Shown here: piece by piece, positions 18,249 through 29,012 of the stretch
How the letters are laid out: each line of letters starts with the position of its first letter
Position numbering within the stretch: the first letter of the stretch is position 1
Source: Myxococcota bacterium
GTDB taxonomy: Bacteria; Myxococcota_A; UBA9160; JAFDDA01
Direction of reading: 5' to 3'
NCBI GenBank assembly: GCA_965228475.1
Contig: OZ245817.1
Span: forward strand, 512,001 to 576,000
DNA: 64,000 nt
Position numbers and translations under genes: made by a program
The notes under the pieces: generated by a model
Seen by the model: only the letters and a program-made list of their open reading frames with translations
What the model was told of the DNA's origin: nothing
The model's database searches: none

Positions 18249-19153
18249 TGCAGCACCAGGGGGTTGGCGCGCACGTAGAAGAGGCCGCCGTCCTTGAACC
18301 CCACCGAGAGCTGCCCGGTGACGACGACCTCGCCGGCCTTCATCACCGCATCGGTGAGCTCCATGTACTGGTACTTCTCTTCGCGGATCAGCTGCGACAT
18401 GTCGGCGAAGCGCATGCCGTTCAGGAACTGGTAGGGCCGGACGAGGGGCACGAGGGCTTCGACCTTGTCCGCCTTGAAGCGCTGCTCGTCGAAGAGGCGG
18501 CCCTCGACGAAGGTGAACTCGCGTCCGAGCCGGTGGTAGGTCCAGATCTCCGTCCGCACGACGAGCTTGGTCTTCGCCTTGTTGGCCGCGACGTAGATCG
18601 CGAAGTCATCGGGCATGCCGTGCTTCGCGATGACCTTGCGCTGGGCGGCGCTCGCTTCGTCGAGCGTCGCGAGGTTGGCGACGGCGGCGTCCGCCCAGGC
18701 ACTCTCGGGTGCAGCGGACGCAGCGGCTTCGTAGTCCGCCCGGGCCTTGGCCCAGTTCCCCTGCCGCTCTCGCGCGAGCCCGCGGTGGTAGAGCGCGGCT
18801 GCGCTCTTCGGCTCCTTCGAGATCGCGTGGTCGAAGTCCTTGATGGCCTTGCCGACACGTCCACGCTGGAGGTGGTGCAGGCCCCGCGCGACGCGCACGT
18901 TCGTTTCGCCGGGCCGCTTCTTGACCTGCTGGTCGAGGAAGCGGGTCTTCAGACGGCCGATCTCCGGGCGCGGGTTCTGCGCGGCGGCTTCGGCATCCGC
19001 GGAGAGGTGCCACTCCTTCAGCCAGAGATCGACCTGCGAGAGGGCGGCGACGTCGGTCGCGAGCGGCGGCCAGGGCCCGGCCTCTGCCCGACCAGCTGCC
19101 AGGAGCAAGAGCATCGAGAGCGGGAGAAGGAGCCGGACACGAAGCGATACCAT
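18245..19153 (-). CDS. Exported tetratricopeptide repeat protein with unknown C-terminal domain
   Basis: Signal peptide ending AEA; TPR units (ARG..HL..G.V.KAIKDFDHAI..EP; ALYHRGLA...QGNWAKARADYEAA). Confidence 0.85.
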   Translation of the reverse strand: MVSLRVRLLLPLSMLLLLAAGRAEAGPWPPLATDVAALSQVDLWLKEWHLSADAEAAAQNPRPEIGRLKTRFLDQQVKKRPGETNVRVARGLHHLQRGRVGKAIKDFDHAISKEPKSAAALYHRGLARERQGNWAKARADYEAAASAAPESAWADAAVANLATLDEASAAQRKVIAKHGMPDDFAIYVAANKAKTKLVVRTEIWTYHRLGREFTFVEGRLFDEQRFKADKVEALVPLVRPYQFLNGMRFADMSQLIREEKYQYMELTDAVMKAGEVVVTGQLSVGFKDGGLFYVRANPLVLQ

Positions 19154-19216
19154 GGGTCCAGTCTATGCCAGCGCCCGCCGCGAAGGGAAGGCAGCAGATC
19201 CCTCGCTGCCGGCGGC

Positions 19217-20056
19217 TCAGCTCTCGGCGGCGTCCTTCGTCCGGTAGTCGCCGAAGGGCTGGTCGCGTTCCTGGAGTGTGGCGGTGAGTCCCTGTCTGGC
19301 GACCTTGGCCATGAACTCGTGCAGGCTCTTCTGGTGCGTGCCGAGGGCACAGAGTTCCGAGCCGGCGCGGATGCCCGTGTGAAGGCCCATGATCTCCATC
19401 TGGCGGTGCACGACGCGCTTGTTCAGCTGAACGAGATCCTCGGGAACGCCGACGATGCGCTTGGCGACGTCGAGCACGCGCGCCTCGAGCTCTTCGGCCG
19501 GGAAGGTGTCGTTCGCCCAGCCGAGCCGCTTGGCCTCGTGGCCGTCGATGGAGTCGCCGGTGAGCATCATCTCCATCGCCTTGCGCATGCCGACGAACCA
19601 GGCGTGGAAGTGGTTGTCCGGCACGCCGAAGCGCACGGCCGGATATCCCATCTGCGCATCGTGGGCCATGTAGACGAGGTCGCAGCAGGTCGCGAGCTCG
19701 CTGCCGCCCGCCAGGCAGTAGCCGTGGACCTGGGCGATCACGGGCTTCGCGAGCTCCCAGATGCTCATCCAGCCCTGGGTGACGTGGCGCGGCCAGTGGC
19801 CGTCGCCCCCCGCCGTGTACCACGGGAACTCCTGGCCGGCGCTTCCGCCGGCGAGGTCGTAGCCCGAGGAGAAGCATTTCCCCGCGCCGCGCACGATCAT
19901 CACGCGCACCTCGGGGTCCGCGTCGGCTTCGCGGAGCGCTTCGAGGACGCCGCCGCGCAGGGCGTGGTCGAGAGCGTTGCGTTTCTCGGGCCGGTTCAGC
20001 GTGATGCGCCGGACGGCCGGGGCGGGTTCGTCGGTGAGTACGACGTCGGAGCTCAT
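19217..20056 (-). CDS. Enoyl-CoA hydratase/isomerase (crotonase) family protein
   Basis: LNRPEKRNAL, FSSGYDL, KPVIAQVHGYCLAGGSEL; GGAGG RBS. Confidence 0.93.
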   Translation of the reverse strand: MSSDVVLTDEPAPAVRRITLNRPEKRNALDHALRGGVLEALREADADPEVRVMIVRGAGKCFSSGYDLAGGSAGQEFPWYTAGGDGHWPRHVTQGWMSIWELAKPVIAQVHGYCLAGGSELATCCDLVYMAHDAQMGYPAVRFGVPDNHFHAWFVGMRKAMEMMLTGDSIDGHEAKRLGWANDTFPAEELEARVLDVAKRIVGVPEDLVQLNKRVVHRQMEIMGLHTGIRAGSELCALGTHQKSLHEFMAKVARQGLTATLQERDQPFGDYRTKDAAES

Positions 20057-20117
20057 GGTTCCTCCGTGAAAGGGTCGCGCGCGCTTCGCGCTACGCTCGG
20101 GCTCGGGGGGATACGCG

Positions 20118-20789
20118 ATGAGCATGATACGCGGATTGGTGCGCGGCGTGGGCTGGGTCTTCGTCCTCGGTGGCCTCGCGCTGGCCGGGGTTGCGGGCTA
20201 CGGGCTGCTGCGCGCCCAGCTGGCCGACGAGATCCTGCGCGGGCGCCTCGACCTGCTGGCCGAGGACTACCGCGACCTGCACGGGCGCTACGAGGCGCTC
20301 GTGGCGCGAACGGCGGTGACCGAACTCGTGGTGCGCGACGGCAGCCTCTCCGTCGTGGTGCGGGGCGCACACGGCGAGCTGCGGGAGATCCCGACGCCCT
20401 ACGACCCGACCTCGGAGATCTACGTCGACTACGCCCTGGTCGACGGCCGCCTCTTCGTCCGGCGGGTCTTCGCCGACGACGTGCCGCCGCGGGAGGGCGT
20501 GCTCGTCGACCCGGCGCTGCTCGCGATCGATTGGCAGGAGGCGAATGCCCAGTACGGCAAGGCGGCCTACCGGACCCTCGGCGAGGGCCGGTGGGTCGTG
20601 ACGGTGACCGGCGGCGGTGCGCTCGGGCTCGCCCCGGCCGGGGCCGAGCCGACCGTGCTCGCTCCGCCGCCCGCGCTCCGGGAGTTCGAGCCCGTGGCGA
20701 GCCGCGTCGACGAACGCCTCGCGACGATCCAGCCGTCCGAGGTGTGGGCCGTCCTCCGCGCTAGAGTCCCCGCGGAGGTCCAGCCATGA
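20118..20789 (+). CDS. Membrane-anchored hypothetical protein
   Basis: N-terminal TM helix, short coiled coil, ATGA overlap with the next gene. Confidence 0.7.
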   Translation: MSMIRGLVRGVGWVFVLGGLALAGVAGYGLLRAQLADEILRGRLDLLAEDYRDLHGRYEALVARTAVTELVVRDGSLSVVVRGAHGELREIPTPYDPTSEIYVDYALVDGRLFVRRVFADDVPPREGVLVDPALLAIDWQEANAQYGKAAYRTLGEGRWVVTVTGGGALGLAPAGAEPTVLAPPPALREFEPVASRVDERLATIQPSEVWAVLRARVPAEVQP

Positions 20790-21379
20790 CGTTGTCCCAG
20801 ATGATCCGCGGCGATGCCAAGATTCTCGAGATCGCCCAGCACCTCGATTCGCTCTCGCACGGGCAGCGCCTGACCGAGACCCAGGAGCTCTCGGCGAGCG
20901 ATCAGAAGAAGCTCTTCCGGGCGGCGGCGGATTCGCCGCCCCTCGACTTCGAGTTCTTCGTGCCGGCCGCGAAGTCGGCGCTCGCCGAGGTGATCCACCA
21001 CGGGAAGAACAGCCAGCCGGCCTTTCGCAACTTCCAGAAGCGCTGGTGCCGTCCGGCCGACCGCGGCGACGCCCTCTACGGCTACAACGAAACCGTCGTG
21101 CGGCCGCTGATCGGGCCGGGCTACTTCGTCGCGCACGAGACCGCGGACGGCGGGCGCGACCCGCGCGGCGCCATCGTGGTCGACTACTTCCAGGTGCCCG
21201 AGGGCGACGTCGCCACGGGCTGGCCGGCCGTGAAGCCGAACTCGAGCGGCCTGCAGCGCTTCGTCTACGACAAGACGCGCGACTACATGCGCCGCGTCTC
21301 GAACCACGTCTCGATCGGCGAAGCGCACAAGAACGAGAAGAACGTGCTCGGCTGGTTCATCCTCTGCCGCGAAGACTGA
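20786..21379 (+). CDS. Hypothetical protein (beta-rich)
   Basis: Strong coding composition, coupled start; no family recognised with confidence. Confidence 0.75.
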   Translation: MTLSQMIRGDAKILEIAQHLDSLSHGQRLTETQELSASDQKKLFRAAADSPPLDFEFFVPAAKSALAEVIHHGKNSQPAFRNFQKRWCRPADRGDALYGYNETVVRPLIGPGYFVAHETADGGRDPRGAIVVDYFQVPEGDVATGWPAVKPNSSGLQRFVYDKTRDYMRRVSNHVSIGEAHKNEKNVLGWFILCRED

Positions 21380-21530
21380 AGCCCGCCGGGCATTCCAGGC
21401 GCGTGGCAAACAACACGCAACGGTGACGGGCAAGGCGCGGAAAGGCCGGGTTCTCGTTTCCTGAGCCGTTCCGCGCCTGTGACGGCTTCCCGCCGGTCCG
21501 CATTGAACCTCCCAGAGATCGGAGGTTCCC

Positions 21531-22991
21531 ATGGACCTGGAAATGCTCGTTCAAAGTCTCCAGGGCACGCTCGGCGCGACCCTGCCGGCGCTGCTCGGCG
21601 CCCTCGCCATCCTGGTGGTCGGCTGGTTCGTCGCGCTGCTCGTGCGCGCGGGCCTGCGCCGCTCCCTCGACGCGATCGGCCTCGACCGCCGCATCGAAGA
21701 GAGCGCGGGCCGCAACGTCGGTGCCCAGAACGTCGTCGCGCGGATCGGCTACTGGGTCGTCATGGCGATGACGGGCATCGCCTTCTTCAACGCCCTCGCG
21801 CTCCAGAACGTCTCGACGACGCTCCAGACCTTCGTCGACCAGTTCTTCGCGTTCCTGCCGAAGGGCATCGCGGCGGCCGCGATCCTGCTCGTGGCCTGGG
21901 TCGTGGCGACGGTCCTGCGCGCCGTCGCCGAACGCGCCCTCGCCGCGACCACCCTCGACGAGCGCCTGGCCCGCGAGGCGGATGCGGCGCCGCTCGCGAT
22001 GAGCCTGGGGAACGTCCTCTACTGGCTCGTGATCCTGCTCTTCCTGCCGGCTGCCCTCGGCGCGCTCGAGCTGCGCGGGCTGCTCGCGCCGGTGGAGAAC
22101 ATGGTCGGCGAGGTGCTCGGGATGCTCCCGAACGTCTTCTCCGCCGCGGTCATCGGCGGCGTCGGCTACCTGCTGGCACGCATCCTGCGCGACGTCGTCC
22201 GGAGCCTGCTCGAGGCCACGGGCATCGACGCTGCGGGCGAGCGCGCCGGCCTCGCCGGCGACCAGCGCATCTCGGGCGTCGCGAGCCTGCTCGTCTACGT
22301 CTTCGTCCTGGTGCCCGCCCTCGTCGCGGCCCTCGACGCGCTGAAGATCGAAGCGATCTCGGGCCCGGCGACCCAGATGCTCGGCGAGTTCATGGCCGCG
22401 ATCCCGCCGCTGTTCGGCGCCGCGGTGATCCTCACCGTCTCGTGGTACGTGGCGCAGTTCGTCGCGGAGCTGCTCTCGAGTCTGCTCGCGGGCTTCGGCT
22501 TCGACGCGCTGCCCGAGCGCATGGGCGTCGCCCAGATCGTCCCGGAAGGCGAGCGGCTCTCGCGCATCGCGGGCCGCGCCCTGGTGTTCTTCGTCATGCT
22601 CTTCGCGGTGACGGAAGCGGCAGGGCAGCTCGGCTTCGGGCAGGTCTCGGCCCTCGTCTCCCAGCTGATCGCCTTCGGCGCCCAGGTCCTGCTCGGCATC
22701 GTGATCATCTGCACGGGGATCTGGATCTCGAACGTCGCCGTCGACGCGACCGAGCGCATGGGCGGGGAAGGAGCCCAGGCCATGGCCCGGGTGGTCCGCT
22801 TCGGCATCCTCGGCATGGTCGTGGCGATGGGCCTGCGCGCCATGGGCCTCGCCAACGACATCGTCAATCTGGCCTTCGGGCTGACGCTCGGCGCCCTCGC
22901 CGTGGCGTTCGCGCTCTCCTTCGGCCTCGGCGGGCGGGAGGCGGCCGGCCGCCAGATGGACCACTGGCTCGCGAAGATGCGCGAGGAGTGA
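21531..22991 (+). CDS. Multi-TM 'conserved TM helix' repeat protein (CmpX/mechanosensitive-channel-associated)
   Basis: Repeated LPxxxxAxxILxVGWxxA units; C-terminal ALAVAFALSFGLGGREAA. Confidence 0.85.
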   Translation: MDLEMLVQSLQGTLGATLPALLGALAILVVGWFVALLVRAGLRRSLDAIGLDRRIEESAGRNVGAQNVVARIGYWVVMAMTGIAFFNALALQNVSTTLQTFVDQFFAFLPKGIAAAAILLVAWVVATVLRAVAERALAATTLDERLAREADAAPLAMSLGNVLYWLVILLFLPAALGALELRGLLAPVENMVGEVLGMLPNVFSAAVIGGVGYLLARILRDVVRSLLEATGIDAAGERAGLAGDQRISGVASLLVYVFVLVPALVAALDALKIEAISGPATQMLGEFMAAIPPLFGAAVILTVSWYVAQFVAELLSSLLAGFGFDALPERMGVAQIVPEGERLSRIAGRALVFFVMLFAVTEAAGQLGFGQVSALVSQLIAFGAQVLLGIVIICTGIWISNVAVDATERMGGEGAQAMARVVRFGILGMVVAMGLRAMGLANDIVNLAFGLTLGALAVAFALSFGLGGREAAGRQMDHWLAKMREE

Positions 22992-23029
22992 CCTCCCGAG
23001 CCTCGCGCGACCTTCACCGGTGCTAGGTT

Positions 23030-23071
23030 GTGACCCGTCGAGCCGTCCGGCTCGGCGGGTCACGTCGTTTT
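23030..23071 (+). terminator. Strong hairpin (terminator or 5'UTR stem) upstream of fumarase
   Basis: GTGACCCGTCGAGCC / GGCTCGGCGGGTCAC arms followed by GTCGTTTT. Confidence 0.55.
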
Positions 23072-23089
23072 CAAGGCAGGGGAAGGTCC

Positions 23090-24736
<1,647 letters not shown>

Positions 24737-24818
24737 CGATCTCCCCGGGGTTCGGCGACTGACGCTTCCTTCCCCCCGCCGGCCGGCGTAGGATGGAGCG
24801 CCAGCGAAGGAGGGAGCC

Positions 24819-26642
24819 ATGCGCCTTTCGAATTTCGGCCAGGACATCGCCCACGTCGACCTCGCGGCCGGCCGTTTCGAGCGGCGTCCCGCGCCCCCGG
24901 AGTGGGTCGAGAAGTACATCGGCGCGCGTGGCCTGGGCGTTCGTTACGTGCTCGAGGCGGGCCCGGAGGTCGACCCGCTCGGCCCCGACAACGTCCTGTG
25001 CTTCATGAACGGCCCGCTCACCGGCTCGGAGGCGAGCATGAGCGGGCGCTGGGCGTGCGTGACGAAGTCGCCGCTCACCGGCACGGTGACCGACAGCCAC
25101 CAGGGCGGATGGAGCGGTGCGCGCCTGCGCTGGGCGGGTTTCGACGGTCTGGTCTTCGAGGGGCGTTCGGCGCATCCGGTCTACGCCTTCATCGAGAACG
25201 GCGAGATCGAGCTGCGCGACGCTTCGGAGGTCTGGGGCCGCGGCATCCACGAGACCGTGGCGTTCTTCCAGAAGCGCTACGGGAAGAAGAACCTCTCGGT
25301 GAACGCGATCGGGCAGGCCGGGGAGCGCGGGAACCGCTTCGCGGCCTGGGTGAACGAGGACGATCGTGCCTTCGGGCGCGGCGGCACCGGCGCCGTCGGC
25401 GGCGCGAAGAACCTGAAGGCGATCGTGATCCGCGCGGGCCTCGCCAAGAGCGACGTCGACGATCCGGACCGCTGGAAGGCCGTCCGTCGCGAGGCGCTCG
25501 ACACGATTCGCGACGAGGTCAACATCACGAGCCCCCGCAAGGGCGGGCTCTCGGTCTACGGCACGAACGTGCTGATGAACGTCACCAACCGCATCGGCGC
25601 CCTCGGGACCCGCAACAGCCAGACCACCTCCTTCGGCGACCGCGCCGAGGCGATCAGCGGCGAGCACGTGAAGGAGACCATCCTCACGAACGACCCGACC
25701 TGCCACGCCTGTCCGGTCGCGTGCAAGAAGGAGGTCGAGGTGAAGGAAGGGCCGTGGAAGGGGCTGCGCATGGAGAGCGTCGAGTACGAGCCCGCGTGGT
25801 CCCTGGGCTCGAACTGCGACAACGACGACGTCAACGCCATCGCGAAGCTGATCGACCAGAGCAACGACTACGGCTTCGATCCGATCGAACTCGGCAACGT
25901 CCTCTCGATGTACATGGAGGCGACCGAGCGCGGCTACGTGAAGGGCGACGGCCTCGCCTGGGGCGACACCGAAGCGATGGTGCGCCTCACGGACGCCATC
26001 GGTCTGTGCGAAGGCGAGGGCCAGCCGTTGGCGGAAGGGGTCGCCCGGGCCGCGGCCGCGCTCGGACACCCGGAGCTGGCGATGCACGCGAAGGGACAGT
26101 CCGTTCCGGCCTACGACCCGCGCGGCTTGAAGGGCATGGGCCTCGGCTACGCGACGAGCAACCGGGGGGCGTGTCACCTGCGGGCCTACGTCGCGGCCGC
26201 GGAGCTCGGCGTGGTACCCGGCGAAGCGGAGCCGCTCGACCCGCTCGAGTGGCGGGGGAAGGGGGAGCTCGTGAAGATCTTCCAGGATCTCCACGCCTTC
26301 TCGGACAGCCTCGATCTGTGCAAGTTCAGCGCCTTCGCCGAAGGCGCCGGGGAGTACGCGGACCAGTACGCCGTCGCGATGGGCCGGGCCTTCACGCCGG
26401 ACGACGTGATGGCGGCCGGCGAACGGATCTACAACCTCGAGCGCCACTACAACAACCGGGCCGGCTTCCGCGAGGGCTCGGACACGCTTCCCGCGCGCTT
26501 CACCGAAGAGGCATCGACCGAGCCGGGGAGCAAGGGGCACGTCTCGGAGCTCGCGCCGATGCTCGAGGAGTACTACGCCGTGCGCGGCTGGCAGGACGGC
26601 GTCGTCCCGGACGCGAAGCTGCGCGAGCTCGGCGTGGTTTGA
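24819..26642 (+). CDS. aor: Tungsten-dependent aldehyde ferredoxin oxidoreductase
   Basis: KSPLTG, GRGGTGAVGGAKNLKAI, CHACPVAC, EYE, YDPRG, SNRGACHL and YYAVRGW motifs. Confidence 0.93.
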   Translation: MRLSNFGQDIAHVDLAAGRFERRPAPPEWVEKYIGARGLGVRYVLEAGPEVDPLGPDNVLCFMNGPLTGSEASMSGRWACVTKSPLTGTVTDSHQGGWSGARLRWAGFDGLVFEGRSAHPVYAFIENGEIELRDASEVWGRGIHETVAFFQKRYGKKNLSVNAIGQAGERGNRFAAWVNEDDRAFGRGGTGAVGGAKNLKAIVIRAGLAKSDVDDPDRWKAVRREALDTIRDEVNITSPRKGGLSVYGTNVLMNVTNRIGALGTRNSQTTSFGDRAEAISGEHVKETILTNDPTCHACPVACKKEVEVKEGPWKGLRMESVEYEPAWSLGSNCDNDDVNAIAKLIDQSNDYGFDPIELGNVLSMYMEATERGYVKGDGLAWGDTEAMVRLTDAIGLCEGEGQPLAEGVARAAAALGHPELAMHAKGQSVPAYDPRGLKGMGLGYATSNRGACHLRAYVAAAELGVVPGEAEPLDPLEWRGKGELVKIFQDLHAFSDSLDLCKFSAFAEGAGEYADQYAVAMGRAFTPDDVMAAGERIYNLERHYNNRAGFREGSDTLPARFTEEASTEPGSKGHVSELAPMLEEYYAVRGWQDGVVPDAKLRELGVV

Positions 26643-26956
26643 GCGAAGGGGAGGGTGGTCCGCGGGCGGGACGAGCCGTCCGCGTCCGCTTCTACGCGAC
26701 GTTCCGGCCCATCGTGGGCGGCAAGGAGGCGGACGTCGAGGTCGCTTCCGAGGCGGACGCCGGCGCCCTGCTCGATGCCATCGTCGCGCGCTGGCCCGAG
26801 CTCCGCGAGCACCTGATCCGCCCCGATGGGGGTCTCTCGAAGCGGGCGAACCTCTTCATCGACGGACGTGCGGTGCGCTTCCTGCCCGAGGGCCTCGCGA
26901 CGCCGCTCGAACCCGAAGCCGAGGTGGACTGCTTCCCGGCCGTCGCGGGAGGCTGA
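26639..26956 (+). CDS. MoaD/ThiS-family ubiquitin-like sulfur carrier
   Basis: VRFYATFR at the N-terminus, FPAVAGG di-glycine C-terminus; TTGA overlap with aor; start approximate. Confidence 0.88.
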   Translation: MSEGEGGPRAGRAVRVRFYATFRPIVGGKEADVEVASEADAGALLDAIVARWPELREHLIRPDGGLSKRANLFIDGRAVRFLPEGLATPLEPEAEVDCFPAVAGG

Positions 26957-26975
26957 CGGGTCGAACCCGGACGCG

Positions 26976-27356
26976 TCAGTGGAGCCGGCGCGGCTCGATG
27001 TCGAGCCAGCGGTGCGCCTCCGCGGTCGTCTCGAACAGTTCGACGTGGAAGCCGTGGGCGCTCGCGAGGTCCTGGAAGATGCGGGCCGCGCCGAGCCCGC
27101 AGCTCCCGACGAGCAGGGCGAAGCGGCTCGCGGCGCGCGGCAGGTGGGCGGCCGCCGTGGCGAGATCCATGGCTTCGTCGCTGCTCGGTTTCCAGCTCGA
27201 ACCGCGCATGTCCACCAATACGTTGAAGCCCTCGCCGATGCGCTCGTCGTGGAACAGGCGATAGCCGGCGTCGAGGCTGCTTCGGAGGTCGATCGCGCCT
27301 TCGGCGCGCATGCAGGCCCGCCGAGCGACGCGTGAGATCTGAAAGGAGAAAGGCAT
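26976..27356 (-). CDS. Small STAS/SpoIIAA-like domain protein
   Basis: VLVDMR, RFALLV and F...AEAHRWL pattern; preceded by a sigma54-like box. Confidence 0.65.
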   Translation of the reverse strand: MPFSFQISRVARRACMRAEGAIDLRSSLDAGYRLFHDERIGEGFNVLVDMRGSSWKPSSDEAMDLATAAAHLPRAASRFALLVGSCGLGAARIFQDLASAHGFHVELFETTAEAHRWLDIEPRRLH

Positions 27357-27406
27357 CGTTCTCTGTTTTCCCATCCTTCCGGGTTCGACCCGGTGCACGA
27401 AGAAAG

Positions 27407-27422
27407 AGCAAGAGCCGTGCCC
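27407..27422 (-). promoter_or_regulatory. Sigma54 (-24/-12) promoter
   Basis: Minus strand GGGCACG-GCTC-TTGCT, 50 bp upstream of ATG 27356. Confidence 0.55.
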
Positions 27423-27630
27423 GGCCAGAGGGGGCTCAGGGGCCCGTTCCCAGGAGGTGCGGGCCGAACCCTGTCCGGTTTCGACGTAGTCGACCGCAGG
27501 AGGCCGGCAGCTCGCCGCGCAAAGTGGCCTCTCGAAACGACTCGGGAGGAGGGGAAACGTCGCGACCGGCAGCGGTGGCAGCGTTGCTTTCGAAGCTGCC
27601 GGCGGGTTGCGCGCGCATGAAGCGCGCGGC

Positions 27631-28527
27631 TCAGGGGTCGGCTTTGACTTCGTTCTCGATGGGTGGGAGCGAGCGGAGGTAGGTCGCCATCGCCAGGAGG
27701 TCTTCGGGCGGGAGGTGGGCGTAGCCGTGCTCGATGACCTCGGACATGAGTCCCTGCGTATCGTCGCCGTCGGGCTTGATGCCGGTCTCGAGGTACCAGG
27801 TGAGGTCGGCCTCGGACCAGTCGCCGATCCCGGTCTCCACGTGGGGCGTGATGTTCGGTGCGAGCTCGCCTTCGGGGCCGTCCTTCGAGCCGGCCAGGAA
27901 GAGGCTTCGGTCGAGCCCGCCGGTGAGGGTGCGCGGCGAGTGGCACTCGCCGCAGTGGGCCGGGCCGTTCACCAGGTACGCGCCCCGGTTCCAGGCGTCC
28001 GAGCGCGCCGGATCCGGCTCGAAGGGCCGCGGCCGGAAGTTCAGCAGCTTCCAGCCTGCGACGGTGAAGCGCCAGCGGAAGGGCGGCGGGGCGTCCGGCG
28101 GCCGGTTCGCGCGGCGCACGGCCGGGAGCGACATCAGGTAGGCGTGGAGATCTTCGAGGTCCCGCCGCGTCATCGAGGCGAAGGCGGGGTACGGGAAGAC
28201 CGGGAAGTAGTGGGAGCCGTCCGGCGCCAGGCCTTCGGTCATCGCGCGGATGAAGGCCTCGACGCCGAGCTCGCCGATCCCGGTCTCCGCGTCCGGCGTC
28301 AGGTTGGTCGAGTAGAAGACGCCGAAGGGCGTCTCGAGCCCGCGGCCTCCCGCGAGCTCCGGTGCGTCTGCGCCCTCCCCCGGGTAGTTCGTGTGGCAGG
28401 TGCAGCCGCCCGTCGCGCGCAGGACCGCTTCGCCCCGGAGCGGGTCCGGAAGCTCGGACGCCCCCGCCGCGGCGGAGGCGAGCCACGCGGCGAGCGCCGC
28501 GGCGAAGCGAAGGCGGCCCGGCCTCAC
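27631..28527 (-). CDS. Periplasmic diheme cytochrome c (resembles the N-terminal part of gluconate/alcohol dehydrogenase cytochrome subunits); first heme motif is CxCH
   Basis: Signal peptide; GGCTCH and HCGECHSPR; LAGG...TPFG.FY..NLTPD.ETGIG; YFPVFPYP. Confidence 0.9.
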   Translation of the reverse strand: MRPGRLRFAAALAAWLASAAAGASELPDPLRGEAVLRATGGCTCHTNYPGEGADAPELAGGRGLETPFGVFYSTNLTPDAETGIGELGVEAFIRAMTEGLAPDGSHYFPVFPYPAFASMTRRDLEDLHAYLMSLPAVRRANRPPDAPPPFRWRFTVAGWKLLNFRPRPFEPDPARSDAWNRGAYLVNGPAHCGECHSPRTLTGGLDRSLFLAGSKDGPEGELAPNITPHVETGIGDWSEADLTWYLETGIKPDGDDTQGLMSEVIEHGYAHLPPEDLLAMATYLRSLPPIENEVKADP

Positions 28528-29012
28528 TTCTTCTTGTACGACTCTTCCTTGGGCTTGCGGAAGGGCTTGTGACAGCCGCCGCAGGACTTGCCGAGGTCCT
28601 TGAAGGCGGCCTTCACCGCCGCGGGATCGCCGTCGTCGGCGGCGTCTTCGAGGGCGTCGGCCGCGGCGGCGAAGTCGTCGATCGCCTGCTGGAACTCGCC
28701 GGGCTTCGTCCAGATCTCGGCCTTGGCGTCGGTGGCGAGGTCCGCCGTCTGCTTCTCGAAGGCGCTCGCCATGAGGGCGGCCGCGTCTTCCATGCGGTTC
28801 GCATGGAGGGCCACGTTCGCCGTGAACGGCAGCCCGTGTTTCAGGATGTCGCTGATGGCGCCCATGTCGGAGCCGACGCCGGACATCAGCTTCTGCCGGT
28901 ACTCGATGTGGTTCTTGTCTTCTGCGGCCATCGCTTCCGGGGCCCCGACGAGAGCGGCTCCGGCGACCACGACGGCCATCCCTGTCATCCACGCGGACGA
29001 GATACGAATCAC
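28524..29012 (-). CDS. Cytochrome c'/c556 (class II cytochrome c)
   Basis: Signal peptide; IEYRQKLM; AKAEIW; C-terminal CGGCHKPFR; GAGGAGG RBS. Confidence 0.92.
   Translation of the reverse strand: MIRISSAWMTGMAVVVAGAALVGAPEAMAAEDKNHIEYRQKLMSGVGSDMGAISDILKHGLPFTANVALHANRMEDAAALMASAFEKQTADLATDAKAEIWTKPGEFQQAIDDFAAAADALEDAADDGDPAAVKAAFKDLGKSCGGCHKPFRKPKEESYKKK

Noticed and set aside
21404..21440. c-di-GMP-I (GEMM) riboswitch-like words GGCAAAC...GCAA...GCAAGGC
   Set aside because: I could not form the required stems by eye; an Infernal search would be needed.
26639..26956. Ubiquitin-like protein conjugation system
   Set aside because: No E1, E2 or JAB genes are nearby; adjacency to aor fits the ordinary cofactor sulfur-carrier role.
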